A stretch of DNA of 64,000 bases from Candidatus Nomurabacteria bacterium (GCA_016699085.1 CP064958.1:3785-67784); one strand, 5' to 3'; shown: positions 25,545 through 37,610, counted from the first letter of the stretch. The notes: generated from the sequence alone by a model not told the origin. Made by a program: numbers and translations.

Positions 25545-26792
25545 TTAATCGAAGTAATTTTTTAACCTCATGATCTTTTCGTTCTGACGGAGTTTGTCAT
25601 GGACTTTAGCTTCGATCTGACGAATACGCTCACGAGTAACGCCGAATTCTGAGCCAACTTCTTCGAGCGTGTGCTGTACACCATCGATGAGACCGAAACG
25701 CATTTCGAGAATCTTCTTCTCTTTGGGTGAGAGTTCGCTCAAGACTTCTTGGATCTTGTCAGTGAGTATTCTTCGTGAAGACTCTTGGTCAGGCCTGAGG
25801 ATTTTGTCATCAGGAATAAATTCACCACGAGTTGACTTCTCATCATCATCCCCGATTGGTTGCTCGAGTGAGATGGTGTCTTGGTTAATGTTTTCGATCA
25901 CGTGGACTTTCTCGACATCAATGCCCATTTCAGTTGCGATCTCTTCGGCAAGTGGCTCACGGCCCAAGTCTTGGGAGAGGCGGCGGACGACTTGTTTGTA
26001 TTTAGAAATAGTCTCAACCATGTGCACAGGAATACGAATCGTGCGAGATTGGTCGGCGAGCGCACGAGTGATTGATTGGCGGATCCACCATGTTGCATAG
26101 GTTGAAAATTTATACCCTTTGGTCCAGTCAAATTTCTCGACAGCCTTAAAGAGGCCCAAGTTGCCTTCTTGGATAAGATCAAGGAGGGTGAGGTCGGAAC
26201 TACGACCAACGTATTTCTTGGCAATAGAGACAACGAGACGAAGGTTCGCGCGAGCAAGCAAGTTCTTGGCTTCGAGATCACCCGCTTCGATGCGACGCGC
26301 GAGCTCTTTCTCTTCTTCGGCTTTGATGAGCGGGTACTGACCGATTTCTTTTAAATATATTTGGATTGAGTCGTAGGTAGAGTCCTTGCCGTATTTATAC
26401 TCGTTTTTATCTTTGACAATAGCATCAAGATCAAGCAAGTTACCACCCTCGAGCACATCGATTCCGGCTGCACCGAATTTCTCATAGAGATCATCAAGGA
26501 AAAGAATGTTCGTTTCAATATCTGGGAAAATTTTAAGTATCTCATCATAGGTGATAAAGCCACGCTTCTTGCCCTTTTCCACCATCGTCGTTGCTTTCTG
26601 TTCCAGAAGTTCAGCCTTGGTCAATTTCTTGCCAGAATGCATGACTGCTTTGGGTTCAGATTTCTTAGCTTGGACTTTAGTTTTAGCTTTAATAGGCACT
26701 TTCTTTACCACTACCTTTTTAGCCTTTGGTTTTGCGACAACCTTTTTCTTTGCCTTCACTACTTTTTTCTTTTTTGCTATTTTTTTACTCAT
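25545..26792 (-). CDS. rpoD: RNA polymerase sigma-70 factor RpoD with about 50-aa Lys-rich N-terminal tail
   Basis: Regions 1.2-4 conserved ([14 protein letters not shown], region 4 HTH); N-terminus [20 protein letters not shown]. Confidence 0.9.
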   Translation of the reverse strand: MSKKIAKKKKVVKAKKKVVAKPKAKKVVVKKVPIKAKTKVQAKKSEPKAVMHSGKKLTKAELLEQKATTMVEKGKKRGFITYDEILKIFPDIETNILFLDDLYEKFGAAGIDVLEGGNLLDLDAIVKDKNEYKYGKDSTYDSIQIYLKEIGQYPLIKAEEEKELARRIEAGDLEAKNLLARANLRLVVSIAKKYVGRSSDLTLLDLIQEGNLGLFKAVEKFDWTKGYKFSTYATWWIRQSITRALADQSRTIRIPVHMVETISKYKQVVRRLSQDLGREPLAEEIATEMGIDVEKVHVIENINQDTISLEQPIGDDDEKSTRGEFIPDDKILRPDQESSRRILTDKIQEVLSELSPKEKKILEMRFGLIDGVQHTLEEVGSEFGVTRERIRQIEAKVHDKLRQNEKIMRLKNYFD

Positions 26793-26803
26793 GCGTTTAT
26801 AAA

Positions 26804-28540
26804 TTATACTTGTTTACTTTTAATATCATGGATCTTTTTTGAAATCTGCTGGCATTCGCCGAGGAGCTCGAGGCTCCGTACCGTATCTTTATCACGTTCT
26901 GCTTTCTTAAGTTCGATAAGTAATTCTTGGAATCGCTTCTCCAGAAAATGTTTTTCAAATTGCAGCAAGAGTTCATTGGTTTCGGTTTCTAAACTCTCTT
27001 TGCCAGCCGTGAGAATTTCTGCCTGCAATGTGATATCATCTCTCACCTTCTCTTCGAGTTTGGCAATCTCTAGTTCGATAGCGCTTCCCGTAATACGTTC
27101 CCACTCAGTTTCGTATTGTATACGTGCTATTCTACTATCATTTCGCAAATGTCCAAGCAAATAGTAGCCAAGTAATTGCTCATAGAGCCGCTCAGCATTC
27201 GACTTGATAGCGATCGGCGTCTCGACATCTACTACCTCAGGGACAGCTGGCTTTTGTAATTTAGAAACTTCTTCATCTATGTATTTCGGTGCTATGTGCG
27301 CCAGATCAGCAATTTTTGAAATGTAGTGACCTTGCACGATGCGCGACTGTAAAAGCGCAACGTACGGTAATATTTGCTTCTGGATAGCGAGCATGCGTTT
27401 CTCTGCATCCATGTCCGTTCTAAAAAGAATATCTAAGTAAAAATCAATCACATGTTTACCGGCACCGGCAAGTTTCTCCCAGGCATCCGTACCATGTTCT
27501 AAAATATAGTCTGCTGGATCTTGCCCTTGTGGCAGGGACAAGAGAGACACTTCCATACCTTCAGCAAGCGCGAGTTTAACACTCCTGCCACCTGCTTCGA
27601 TACCTGCACTATCACCATCAAAGCAAAAGATGACATTGTTGGTAAATCGCTTGATGAGTGCTAGATGCTCTTTGGTAAGCGCTGTGCCTGATACAGCCAC
27701 ACTATGCTTCGTACCTGCTTGTTGTGCCATGATGAGATCCATTTGACCTTCGACCATAATGACGGCGTTTTCTTTGAGTATTGCTTGCTTGGCTAGATGA
27801 TAGCCATAGAGAATATGACTTTTGCTATAGAGTGCAGTTTCAGGACTGTTGACGTATTTGGCACTATCAGCAGGTACTGCGACTCCAGGATTTGCAAAAA
27901 TTCTTCCCGTGAATGCAACTACTTTGCCGCGACTATCCATAATCGGAAACATAATCCGATCTCGAAAGCGATCAAAGTAATCACGCTTGCCACGAATAAC
28001 GAGGCCTGCTTTGACCAACTCTTCATCACTATAATTTTTTGTTTTCAGATGTTCATAGAGCGCACTCCACGATGATGGTGAAAATCCGATACGAAATTCT
28101 TTGATGGTTTTCTCGGTCAGTCCTCTTGTTTGTAAGTATTTCTTTGCATGAGGATTGTTTGCCAGCAGGCCTTCATAAAATGAAGTCGCATCTTCCATGG
28201 CATCATGTAACCTCACACGCTCCCCGTCTTCTTTGGTGTACGTTTTCGTGAGTGTAATGCCTGCACGTTCAGCGAGAAGCTTGAGCGCAGCCACGAAATC
28301 TATACCCTCGATTTCTTGGACAAAGCTAAATATATCCCCGCCTCTGCCGCAGCCGAAACAGTGATAACTATTACGAGACGGGGAAACGAAGAACGAAGCA
28401 GACTTTTCATTATGGAATGGACAACGCGCCTTGAAATAGATTCCAGCTTTTTCAAGTCGAATGTAGGATGCGACAACATCATGGATCGGAAGGCGCTCTT
28501 TGATTTGTTCTGCCGGTGATTGCATAGATGGCAGGGACAC
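26804..28540 (-). CDS. dnaG: DNA primase DnaG
   Basis: [13 protein letters not shown]...CFGCGRGGD zinc-binding domain, TOPRIM domain (EGQMDLI, DGDSAG). Confidence 0.9.
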   Translation of the reverse strand: MSLPSMQSPAEQIKERLPIHDVVASYIRLEKAGIYFKARCPFHNEKSASFFVSPSRNSYHCFGCGRGGDIFSFVQEIEGIDFVAALKLLAERAGITLTKTYTKEDGERVRLHDAMEDATSFYEGLLANNPHAKKYLQTRGLTEKTIKEFRIGFSPSSWSALYEHLKTKNYSDEELVKAGLVIRGKRDYFDRFRDRIMFPIMDSRGKVVAFTGRIFANPGVAVPADSAKYVNSPETALYSKSHILYGYHLAKQAILKENAVIMVEGQMDLIMAQQAGTKHSVAVSGTALTKEHLALIKRFTNNVIFCFDGDSAGIEAGGRSVKLALAEGMEVSLLSLPQGQDPADYILEHGTDAWEKLAGAGKHVIDFYLDILFRTDMDAEKRMLAIQKQILPYVALLQSRIVQGHYISKIADLAHIAPKYIDEEVSKLQKPAVPEVVDVETPIAIKSNAERLYEQLLGYYLLGHLRNDSRIARIQYETEWERITGSAIELEIAKLEEKVRDDITLQAEILTAGKESLETETNELLLQFEKHFLEKRFQELLIELKKAERDKDTVRSLELLGECQQISKKIHDIKSKQV

Positions 28541-28567
28541 AAGTGTTTAATTGATACGCTTCTTTAT

Positions 28568-31500
28568 TTATTCTTCAGTTTCGATTTTAGCAACTGGATG
28601 AAAGCCAGTTCCTGCAGGAATCAAGCGGCCGATAATAACATTTTCTTTGAGTCCTCGCAGTGAGTCAACACCGCCACGAATTGCATTGTTGATAAGCACG
28701 CGGTTTGTGTTCTGAAATGATGCCGCAGAGAGCCAGCTCTTGGTCGTTAGTGATGTTTCTGTAATACCGAGAACAATAGTTTCTGCTTTAGCTGGTTCAC
28801 CTTTCTCTGCTTCGATACGATCATTTTCTTCCATAAGTTCAATCGCCTCGACAATTTCACCAGGACTAAATGTTGTATCGCCTGAGTGTTTGATTTTCTT
28901 TCGTGAGAACATTTGACGAATAATGATCTCGATATGTTTACGAGAAATCGATGCACCCTGAAGCTCGTACACTTTGTTAATTTCTTGAATGATATATTCT
29001 TCAGCTTGTTCTCTACTGCCGAATTTGAAGATTTCCATAATGTCTGCTGAACCATCAGTTAGGAGCTCGCCTTTTTTGACTTTATCGCCTTTCTTCACTA
29101 AGAGTGTTCGTCGAGGCAATATCGTGTATTCGATTTCATTTGATTTACCGTCTAGTTTAGTGTCTGAAAGTACAACCAGTGTTCGATCTTTGCCATCAAC
29201 TTTGATTTCTGATACATCACCATCAGTTCGTGAGACAATAGCAGCATTTTTAGGAATGCGTCGTTCGAAAATTTCTTCAATACGAGGCAAACCTTGAGTA
29301 ATATCAACACCCGCTACACCACCGGCGTGGAACGTACGGAGCGTCAACTGTGTACCCGGTTCACCGATTGCTTGGGCCGCGACGATACCGACTGCTTCTC
29401 CTAATTCAACGAGCTTGTTACGTCCAAGATCGAGACCGTAGCATTTCTGACAGAGACCATGAAGCGTTTTACACGTTAGTGGAGATCGAACAAAGACTTC
29501 AGGTATGCCAGCTTTTTCGATTGTCTGTGCATCTTCTTTGGAAATCATGTGACCCTTTTTATAAAGCGTCGTACCTGCATCATCTTTTATTTCAGATAGA
29601 AGTATTCGGCCTCGCAAATTTTTCGCTAGACTGATTTCCATACCAGCAATCATTTCTTTGACAACACGCTTGCCTTCTTTGGTGCCACAATCAACTTCAG
29701 TGATCATGACGTCTTGCGCGACATCAACCAAACGGCGTGTGAGGTAACCGGCTTTAGCGGTATTGAGTGCCGTATCGGCAAGACCCTTACGTGAACCGTG
29801 GGTTGTAATAAAGTATTCAAGCGGTGAAAGACCTTCCATGTATGACGGCACAATCGGGAAATCGATCGTCTTACCAGTCGTGTTTTGTATCAAACCTTTC
29901 ATACCAGCCATCTGTGTCACATTACCCATCGATCCTCGAGCTCCTGAAGTCACCATGTCATAGACAGAGCCTTTCGTATCGAGATTGTTCAGCAATACTT
30001 TTTCCAATTCCTTTTTAGTGTTTTCCCAAATTTCAATTACCTTCTGATACTTTTCTTCATGTGAGAGCAAGCCATCGTTGTACTGAGCAAAAATCTTGCT
30101 TTCGAGTGCTCGTGCGCGACCAACGATTTCTTCTTTTTCAACAGGTACTTTTACGTTATCAATACTCCAGGTTATACCTGATTTTGTTGCATAGCGATAA
30201 CCGAAGTCCTTGATCTTATCGAGGATAGCCGGTGTTGCATCGATGCCGTAGCGACTAATGATCTGATCAAGAATAGCTGACATTTTTTTCTGAGTAATTT
30301 CATCATTAACGAATGGGAAATCATCAGGCAAACAGCTGTTAAACAAGAGCCTACCAACAGAAGTCTCAAATGGCTCATTGTTAAACAATGCATATTTTTG
30401 ATTATCAGTGCCAAGTACTTTGATTTTTGATCGGAATGAAATGGCATCGTAGTCATAAGCAGTGATTGCTTGATTCGGATTTGCAAAGAGCATTCCCTCA
30501 CCTCGTTCGCCGCTAACTGACTTCGTCATCCAGAAACAACCAAGCACAATATCAAGCAATTTTGCAGAAACGATCGGATCACCGTTTTGTGGCTTCAAGA
30601 GATTTTTATTTGCTGCCATCAAATCTCGCGCCTCGTTTTGTGCATCATCTGAAAGTGGCAAGTAGACTGCCATCTGGTCGCCATCGAAGTCAGCGTTGAA
30701 CGCTGCACATACGAGTGGGTGCACTTGGATAGCATTACCTTCAATAAGTATCGGATTAAATGCTTGAATACCGAGTCGGTGCAATGTTGGTGCGCGGTTA
30801 AGTAATACATATTTACCGTAAATAACTTCTTCGAGTATCGCCCAGACTTCAGCCACACCTTCTTCGATAAGCTTGTTAGCGCCACGAATGTTGAATGCTA
30901 GTTCATTCTTAAGAATTTTTGAAATAATAAACGGTCGGAAAAGTTCGAGTGCCATGTGTTTCGGCAATCCACATTGGTTAAGCTTAAGCTGTGGACCGAC
31001 GACGATAACTGAACGTCCTGAGTAGTCAACACGCTTACCGAGCAAGTTCTGTCTAAAGAGACCTTGTTTTGATTTTAAGTTATCTGACAATGACTTCAGA
31101 GCACGCTTTTGAGACTGAGACACCGCCTGTGAATCATTTTGTTTAGCAATCGAATTATCGATAAGTGCATCGACTGCTTCCTGGAGAATTCTTTTTTCAT
31201 TGCGCAAAATAACATCAGGCGCGCCGATTTCTTTAAGCTTCTTGAGACGGTTGTTACGGTTGATCACACGTCGATACAAATCATTGAGATCTGATGTTGC
31301 ATGTCGCCCACCATCAAGCGCAACCATAGGGCGAAGCGCTGGTGGTATAACAGGGATAAGCGTCAAGAACATCCACTCAGGGCGAATGTTTGAGTAGAGC
31401 ATTGAGCGAATGAGCGACAATCGTCGTTCGAGTTTCTCTTTTTCAACTGAGCTTGCCTTCTCGAATTGCTCATCGGTTGCCTTCTTTAGCTTCTCAAGGT

Positions 31501-32176
31501 CTAGGTTTTTAAAAATTGTGTAAATTGCTTCAGCACCGATAGCTGCTTCAAAACATGTACCATACTTAAGTGAGAAGTGGTGATAAGCGATTTCATTCAA
31601 AACCTTGCCTTCAACAATTTCCCCAATCTCTTTTTTAGTTGTCGTCAAGATTTCTTTGAGACGCTCACGAGTCTCTTCGTCCTGGATACTTTTAATTTTA
31701 GTTTTGTATTCACTTTCAATACTTTTCAAAAGATCGTTTTTCTCATCTTGGTTGACCTTCGTGATGATATAGCCAGCGAAGTAAATAACTTTTTCGAGAT
31801 CAGCAACTGGAATAGAGAGCAATATTGACATACGTGATGGCACACCTCGAAGGAACCAGATGTGCGCAACTGGACTCGCAAGTTCGATATGACCCATACG
31901 TTCTCGACGAACGATAGATTTAGTCACTTCGACGCCACATTTTTCACAGATAATATCTTTGTAGCGAATTCGTCGGTATTTACCACAGTAACATTCATAA
32001 TCTTTTTCAGGACCAAAGACGCGCTCGTCAAAAAGTCCACCTCGTTCAGATCGGCCTGTACGGTAGTTGATCGTCTCAGGCTTGGTGATTTCACCGTATG
32101 ACCACTCTCGTATATCGTCCGGAGAAGCAAGCTTGAGTGTTATGTAATCAAAATTTGTTGTATCAATTGTTTTCAT
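28568..32176 (-). CDS. rpoC: DNA-directed RNA polymerase beta' subunit
   Basis: NADFDGDQMAV catalytic motif, zinc-binding Cys cluster at N-terminus, 1202 aa. Confidence 0.95.
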   Translation of the reverse strand: MKTIDTTNFDYITLKLASPDDIREWSYGEITKPETINYRTGRSERGGLFDERVFGPEKDYECYCGKYRRIRYKDIICEKCGVEVTKSIVRRERMGHIELASPVAHIWFLRGVPSRMSILLSIPVADLEKVIYFAGYIITKVNQDEKNDLLKSIESEYKTKIKSIQDEETRERLKEILTTTKKEIGEIVEGKVLNEIAYHHFSLKYGTCFEAAIGAEAIYTIFKNLDLEKLKKATDEQFEKASSVEKEKLERRLSLIRSMLYSNIRPEWMFLTLIPVIPPALRPMVALDGGRHATSDLNDLYRRVINRNNRLKKLKEIGAPDVILRNEKRILQEAVDALIDNSIAKQNDSQAVSQSQKRALKSLSDNLKSKQGLFRQNLLGKRVDYSGRSVIVVGPQLKLNQCGLPKHMALELFRPFIISKILKNELAFNIRGANKLIEEGVAEVWAILEEVIYGKYVLLNRAPTLHRLGIQAFNPILIEGNAIQVHPLVCAAFNADFDGDQMAVYLPLSDDAQNEARDLMAANKNLLKPQNGDPIVSAKLLDIVLGCFWMTKSVSGERGEGMLFANPNQAITAYDYDAISFRSKIKVLGTDNQKYALFNNEPFETSVGRLLFNSCLPDDFPFVNDEITQKKMSAILDQIISRYGIDATPAILDKIKDFGYRYATKSGITWSIDNVKVPVEKEEIVGRARALESKIFAQYNDGLLSHEEKYQKVIEIWENTKKELEKVLLNNLDTKGSVYDMVTSGARGSMGNVTQMAGMKGLIQNTTGKTIDFPIVPSYMEGLSPLEYFITTHGSRKGLADTALNTAKAGYLTRRLVDVAQDVMITEVDCGTKEGKRVVKEMIAGMEISLAKNLRGRILLSEIKDDAGTTLYKKGHMISKEDAQTIEKAGIPEVFVRSPLTCKTLHGLCQKCYGLDLGRNKLVELGEAVGIVAAQAIGEPGTQLTLRTFHAGGVAGVDITQGLPRIEEIFERRIPKNAAIVSRTDGDVSEIKVDGKDRTLVVLSDTKLDGKSNEIEYTILPRRTLLVKKGDKVKKGELLTDGSADIMEIFKFGSREQAEEYIIQEINKVYELQGASISRKHIEIIIRQMFSRKKIKHSGDTTFSPGEIVEAIELMEENDRIEAEKGEPAKAETIVLGITETSLTTKSWLSAASFQNTNRVLINNAIRGGVDSLRGLKENVIIGRLIPAGTGFHPVAKIETEE

Positions 32177-32193
32177 AATGTGTAGATAAGTAA

Positions 32194-35100
32194 TTATGCT
32201 TCTCGACCGTTACTTTTAGTGGTTTTCTTTAGTTCAACATTGAGTGCAAGGCCGCGTAGGTAATTCAAGAGCACGCTGAATGACGCCGGCGCATTTGGTT
32301 CTTGCAGTTCTTCACCTTTGATAATCGAATCGAATGTTGCTGATCGGCCGAGAATATCGTCTGACTTGATCGTCAACATTTCTCGAAGCACGTGTGATGC
32401 GCCGTATCCTTCGAGTGCCCAGACTTCCATTTCACCGAAGCGCTGACCTCCGCCTTGAGCCTTACCGCCGAGTGGCTGCTGTGTAATGAGTGAGTACGCA
32501 CCAATAGAACGCATGTGAATCTTATCTTCAACCATGTGATGGAGTTTCAAAATATACATGTACCCAATTGCAATCGGTTGATCGAATGCTTCGCCCGTTC
32601 GCCCATCGAAAAGCGTCACTTTGCCTGACTCAGGTAGTCCTGCTTTGACGATTTCTTCTTTGATTTCTGTAATCGTTGCACCTGAAAATGGCGGCACGAT
32701 CGCTTGGTATCCCAAGGTATGCGCTGCGTAGCCCAAATGCATTTCCAAAATTTGTCCAAGGTTTGCACGTGATGGAATACCAAGTGGCGTCAAGATAACA
32801 TCAATCGGTGTACCATCTGCCTGGTATGGCATTTCTTCTTCAGGCAAAATAATCGAAATAACACCTTTGTTACCGTGGCGTCCTGCGAGCTTGTCACCGA
32901 CAGAAATATTTCGGACTTGCGCAACTTCAATAACTACCTTTTTAATAATGCCAGATTCGAGATTGTGACCTTGATCGCGTGAGAAAATTTTAACACCAAT
33001 AATGCGTCCTCGCTTGCCGTGTTCCATACGAAGTGACGTGTCTTTAACATCACGAGCTTTCTCAGCAAAGATTGATCTAAGTAGACGCTCTTCAGCAGTA
33101 AGTTCTGTCTCGCCTTTTGGTGTGATCTTACCAACCAAGATATCATTCTCGCGTACTTCAGCACCGATTCGGACAATGCCGTCTTCATCCAAGTCTTTGA
33201 GTTTGACCTCACCAACGTTTGGAATATCTCGTGTAGTGATTTCAGGCCCAAGCTTTGTGTCTCGAACGATACAAACGAATTCTTCAATATAAATAGAAGT
33301 AAACTTACTGTTTTTTACAAGACGCTCAGATAAAATAATCGCGTCTTCGTAGTTAGATCCTGACCATGACATAAACGCCACTAAGACGTTTTGTCCAAGC
33401 GCGATTTGTCCACGATCAGTGGTCGATGTGTCAGCTAGTATTGAACCTTTTTTTACTTTATCTCCGACAACAACACTCGGTCGCTGATGAAATGAACTAA
33501 AGTTGTTCGTTCGCTGGAAGGACATCAATTGATGAGTCTGTTTCTTTTCTTTGACATACTCAACTTCAATTTTATTTGCATCAACATAGGTCACAACACC
33601 ATCTTCTTTGGCAGTGACGAGACGACCTGAATATCGGGATGCAAGCTCTTCCATACCAGTTGCTACAAGTGGTGCTTCGGGTACGATACAAGCCATAGCC
33701 TGCTTCTGCATGTTACTTCCCATGAGTGCACGGTTCGCATCATCGTGCTCGAGGAATGGCATCATTGAGGTTGCGATTGAGAATGCTTGGTTGGTCGCGA
33801 CATCGATATAATGAATCTGGTCACGTGGCACAATGCCTGGCTCTGTTTTGACTCGAGCTTCAACCATTTCTTCTTCAATATTGCCGTCTTTGTCATATGG
33901 CACACCGGCATGTGCAATGTTAAAGCTCTCTTCTTCGAGCGCATTCATATAGACTACTTCGCCAGTAATCTTGCCGTTCTTCACTTTGATATATGGAGTT
34001 TCGATAATACCGAAATTACTAACACGAGCGTAGGTAGATAGGTGGAGTATGAGACCAATGTTCGGACCTTCTGGTGTATGGATCGGGCAAACACGGCCGT
34101 AGTGTGACGTATGTACGTCACGCACTTCAAGACCTGCACGCTCTCGGGTAAGTCCACCCGGACCAAGTGCTGAGAGAATACGCAAATGTTCGATTTCATT
34201 CAAGACATTTTCTTGTCCCATGAATTGTGAGAGCTGGTTCGTTGTAAAAAATTCTTTGATTCGTGCCTGCAGTGGTCGTTGATTGATGATGTTTATCGGG
34301 AGCGCTGTTGCGACATCGATTGTCGACATACGGTCTTGGATATTGCGCTTGATCTGTGTCATACCGACGCGGATTTTTTGCTGAAGAAGTTCACCAACAT
34401 AGCGGACTCGGCGTTGACCCAAGTGATCGATGTCATCAGCTTCGCCGTCTGGATTCATGTTGAGTCCAACAATGTGTTCAACTATTGAAACGAGATCTTC
34501 TTTGGAAATAGTACGACGTTCGAGGTCCTTGTCATCCATGCTCATTTCAAAACGCTTGTTGAATCGGAATCGGCCAACTGGGGACAGGTCATAGCGTTCG
34601 ATTGAGAAAATGCCAGTGATAAATTCTTTGGCATTTTCGGGCGTTGCCAAATCACCATCACGGAGGCGCTTGTAAATTTCTATGTATGATTCTTCACTGG
34701 TTTTTGCTGGGTCTTTCTCAAGCGCAGATTTGATCATGGTTACTGCTTCTTCGGCTTTGAAAGCTTTGAGCATTGCTTCATTGGTACTGTAGCCAAGCAC
34801 ACGCAAGAGCGAACTGATCGGGAATTTGCGCTTTTTATCGATGCGAACATAGAGTAAACCATCTGCATCAGACTCGATTTCTATCCATACACCTCGAGCT
34901 GGGATTATTTTTGCGCCAAAAAGTTTCTTGCCTTTAATATCAAGATCAGTAAAAAAGACACCATAACTTCGCGCGAGCTGTGAGACAATAACACGCTCAA
35001 CGCCGTTGATGATAAAGGTGCCGTGATCAGTCATGAGCGGAAGATCCGCCATAAATATTTCTTGTTCTTTTGTTCCACCGAGTGTTTTGTTGGTGAGTTT

Positions 35101-35379
35101 AACTCGAGTTTTGAGCTGGGCTTCGTAGGTTAGTTTGTTTGCCTTGGCATAGTATTCATCAAACTTTGGTTCACCAAGATAAAACTCCGAAAACTCAAGC
35201 TGAAATTTTTTGCCTGAGTAATCATTGAGTGGAGTAAATTCTTTGAAGACTTCTTTGAGTCCTGTTTCAATCAGCCACTTGTATGAAGTGAGCTGTGTTT
35301 CTAATAGATTTGGAAATTCGACCAATGGCTTCTTATACTTTGAGAAATATTTTTTCTCGATCTTTGCTTTGGTGGGCAT
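32194..35379 (-). CDS. rpoB: DNA-directed RNA polymerase beta subunit
   Basis: Conserved beta motifs throughout; likely start MPTKAK at 35379 rather than track start 35415. Confidence 0.95.
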   Translation of the reverse strand: MPTKAKIEKKYFSKYKKPLVEFPNLLETQLTSYKWLIETGLKEVFKEFTPLNDYSGKKFQLEFSEFYLGEPKFDEYYAKANKLTYEAQLKTRVKLTNKTLGGTKEQEIFMADLPLMTDHGTFIINGVERVIVSQLARSYGVFFTDLDIKGKKLFGAKIIPARGVWIEIESDADGLLYVRIDKKRKFPISSLLRVLGYSTNEAMLKAFKAEEAVTMIKSALEKDPAKTSEESYIEIYKRLRDGDLATPENAKEFITGIFSIERYDLSPVGRFRFNKRFEMSMDDKDLERRTISKEDLVSIVEHIVGLNMNPDGEADDIDHLGQRRVRYVGELLQQKIRVGMTQIKRNIQDRMSTIDVATALPINIINQRPLQARIKEFFTTNQLSQFMGQENVLNEIEHLRILSALGPGGLTRERAGLEVRDVHTSHYGRVCPIHTPEGPNIGLILHLSTYARVSNFGIIETPYIKVKNGKITGEVVYMNALEEESFNIAHAGVPYDKDGNIEEEMVEARVKTEPGIVPRDQIHYIDVATNQAFSIATSMMPFLEHDDANRALMGSNMQKQAMACIVPEAPLVATGMEELASRYSGRLVTAKEDGVVTYVDANKIEVEYVKEKKQTHQLMSFQRTNNFSSFHQRPSVVVGDKVKKGSILADTSTTDRGQIALGQNVLVAFMSWSGSNYEDAIILSERLVKNSKFTSIYIEEFVCIVRDTKLGPEITTRDIPNVGEVKLKDLDEDGIVRIGAEVRENDILVGKITPKGETELTAEERLLRSIFAEKARDVKDTSLRMEHGKRGRIIGVKIFSRDQGHNLESGIIKKVVIEVAQVRNISVGDKLAGRHGNKGVISIILPEEEMPYQADGTPIDVILTPLGIPSRANLGQILEMHLGYAAHTLGYQAIVPPFSGATITEIKEEIVKAGLPESGKVTLFDGRTGEAFDQPIAIGYMYILKLHHMVEDKIHMRSIGAYSLITQQPLGGKAQGGGQRFGEMEVWALEGYGASHVLREMLTIKSDDILGRSATFDSIIKGEELQEPNAPASFSVLLNYLRGLALNVELKKTTKSNGREA

Positions 35380-35610
35380 AGAAATTGTTGTGCCAAAGAA
35401 AGTATACAGACACAAAAATAAACGAAAAAAGCGAGGGAAGCAAAAGCTACCTTTCTTTTAAGGTCTACTGCGTTGTATTACTTTTTTGTAGCAAAATGGA
35501 TAGTGACTTTGCTAATAAGGTTAGATTGAAGCCAGAGTTACTCAATCTTTCAATCGGGATAAGTATATAGGAGGAGCTAGTAGTTGTCAACTACTCTGGT
35601 GGATAATTCC

Positions 35611-36297
35611 CTACAATTTCTTGCCTTTTGCCTTCCATTCGTCTATTTTCTTGTGATCACCTGAGAGAAGTACCCTCGGGACTCGATGTTTCTTCCCTTT
35701 CCATTCCAAAATTTCTGGTCGTGTATAAAATTCACTACTTGAAATGCGTTCTTCTTCGAGAGATTCGAATTTGCCAAGCACTCCCGGAATCTGGCGGGAG
35801 AGCGTATCAATAAAAAGCATTGCTGGTAGTTCGCCGCCAGTAACAACATAGTCACCTATTGAAATTTGCTTTGCTTTGAGAATTTTTGACACTCTTGCAT
35901 CAATGCCTTCATAACGTCCACAAATGAGAATAACATCAGTATATTTTTTAACTGTATCTTTAATGTATTTTGTTGTCAGCATTTCCCCACTTGGTGAAAA
36001 ATTGATAATCAAAACTTTTGACTTTTCACTTTTCACTTTTGACAATATTTTCTCTACTGCTTTCAAAATCGGTTCCGCTCGCATGATCATGCCAGGCCCT
36101 CCGCCAAATGGCCGGTCATCAACAACTGCTGAAATGTTCCCATCCGGCCAAACTTTTTTGTATTTACCCGTCACGAACTTGCGTGGATTGTAGAAGTCCA
36201 CTTTGATTTTCTTATTCTTTATCGCCCGACCGATAATCGACTCCTTGAGATAAGAATCAAAGCTCTCGGGGAAAATGGTAATAATATGAAATTTCAT
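35611..36297 (-). CDS. trmD: tRNA (guanine37-N1)-methyltransferase TrmD
   Basis: MKFHIITIFPE start, SPOUT knot motifs. Confidence 0.9.
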   Translation of the reverse strand: MKFHIITIFPESFDSYLKESIIGRAIKNKKIKVDFYNPRKFVTGKYKKVWPDGNISAVVDDRPFGGGPGMIMRAEPILKAVEKILSKVKSEKSKVLIINFSPSGEMLTTKYIKDTVKKYTDVILICGRYEGIDARVSKILKAKQISIGDYVVTGGELPAMLFIDTLSRQIPGVLGKFESLEEERISSSEFYTRPEILEWKGKKHRVPRVLLSGDHKKIDEWKAKGKKL

Positions 36298-36340
36298 AAT
36301 TTTAGATTACAGGTTATGTACTAAACATTCAAGTAAATAT

Positions 36341-36369
36341 AAAAAGTGCCGAACAAATTCGCTCGGCAC
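36341..36369 (-). terminator. Rho-independent terminator of 36393..37088
   Basis: gtgccga-(loop)-tcggcac hairpin followed by T-run on minus strand. Confidence 0.6.
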
Positions 36370-36392
36370 GCCCTTTATTGTTGAAAAAATAT

Positions 36393-37088
36393 TTAATTAT
36401 TAATTGGTAACAGATTGATTTTTTCACTATCTATGTCACCATCTCTATCAAATGGTAAATTATAGAAGTAATTGACAGGTTTGCCATCGGGAAGGCACCC
36501 ATAATAGAGTACCAGGTAAAAATTTCCGTTCAAATCTCTTGTTGGCTTAGACATTGGTATAAGTGTAGCAACATATGAATACTTACTTAATTCATTTGGA
36601 ATTTTTACTTCAAGTCGCCATTTATAACATTCATTTGAATGATTTTCATCAATTCCATTACAACCAAAAAAATTCCTGAAAACATATAGCGTGTCCTGAA
36701 GTGCAAGTGTCATATAAATTCCACTGTATTTCACAGAGTCTTCACCTGGCCAACTATATACATAAGAAATTGAGCCTGCAAGGTACTCACTGGTTGAAGC
36801 TGGTTGATCATTATCATACAAAACACCCTCAACGACATGGCATTTTTTTGATTTAATTATGGGAACCTCCTGAGACTTTTTTGGATTAGATTCAAAAAGA
36901 AGTGCATGCCTTGGATCTGATTTCGACCCAATAGTGAGTGCAGTTTGGCAATCACCAGCAGCTAAATATCCCGTAGAAAGAGTTTGCGAAACCCCATTCA
37001 ACGAAGTTAAGGTAGCAAAAATACTCAATAAAAAATGTAGTTTCATGATTTTAAATTTAAAGAGCGTTAGAAAAAACTTTTTATACAA
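36393..37088 (-). CDS. Hypothetical secreted protein (occupies the usual rimM position)
   Basis: Signal peptide, Cys-containing, no RimM PRC-barrel motifs. Confidence 0.5.
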   Translation of the reverse strand: MYKKFFLTLFKFKIMKLHFLLSIFATLTSLNGVSQTLSTGYLAAGDCQTALTIGSKSDPRHALLFESNPKKSQEVPIIKSKKCHVVEGVLYDNDQPASTSEYLAGSISYVYSWPGEDSVKYSGIYMTLALQDTLYVFRNFFGCNGIDENHSNECYKWRLEVKIPNELSKYSYVATLIPMSKPTRDLNGNFYLVLYYGCLPDGKPVNYFYNLPFDRDGDIDSEKINLLPINN

Positions 37089-37187
37089 TACACTATAAAA
37101 TTACAAATGTCAACAAACAAAATCCGCTCAAGAGCGGATTTTGTTTGTATTTTCTATTTACTATTCACTAATTACTTTTTACTTTAT

Positions 37188-37496
37188 CTATATTCCCTTC
37201 AAATCTTCCATCGCTGCTTCAACAGACGAAGCACCTGGAGCTTTCATACCACCTTCTGGTTCATTGATTTTCAAATTGACTCGAGCATTGTTCTTCATAC
37301 CGATGACGCGTAGGAGCGTGCGGATAGCTTTGGCTGTGTTACCTTGGCGACCGATAATTTTACCCATATCTGCCTGATTTACAGTAAGCGTAATGAGGAC
37401 ACCCATTTCATCAACCGTACGGTCGATCTTCACATCGTTAGGATTGTCGACCAATGCTTTGACTATATATTCGAGAAACGCTTTATCGTCGTTCAT
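37188..37496 (-). CDS. KH-domain RNA-binding protein (UPF0109/YlqC family)
   Basis: IGRQGNTAKAIRTL GxxG KH motif; conserved rpsP-KH-trmD context. Confidence 0.75.
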   Translation of the reverse strand: MNDDKAFLEYIVKALVDNPNDVKIDRTVDEMGVLITLTVNQADMGKIIGRQGNTAKAIRTLLRVIGMKNNARVNLKINEPEGGMKAPGASSVEAAMEDLKGI

Positions 37497-37610
37497 ATGT
37501 TATAGAATGTTCATAATATGCAGTACTTTCGACAGTACAGTCTGCTTGGCTATATTGTATATAATTAGCTACAGTGCGTCAATATAAAATCTCACCTTAG
37601 AGGTGAGATT

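Noticed and set aside
28747-34488. Numerous 60-120-aa ORFs on both strands within rpoC/rpoB
   Set aside because: Nested in or antisense to highly conserved RNA polymerase genes; no independent signals.
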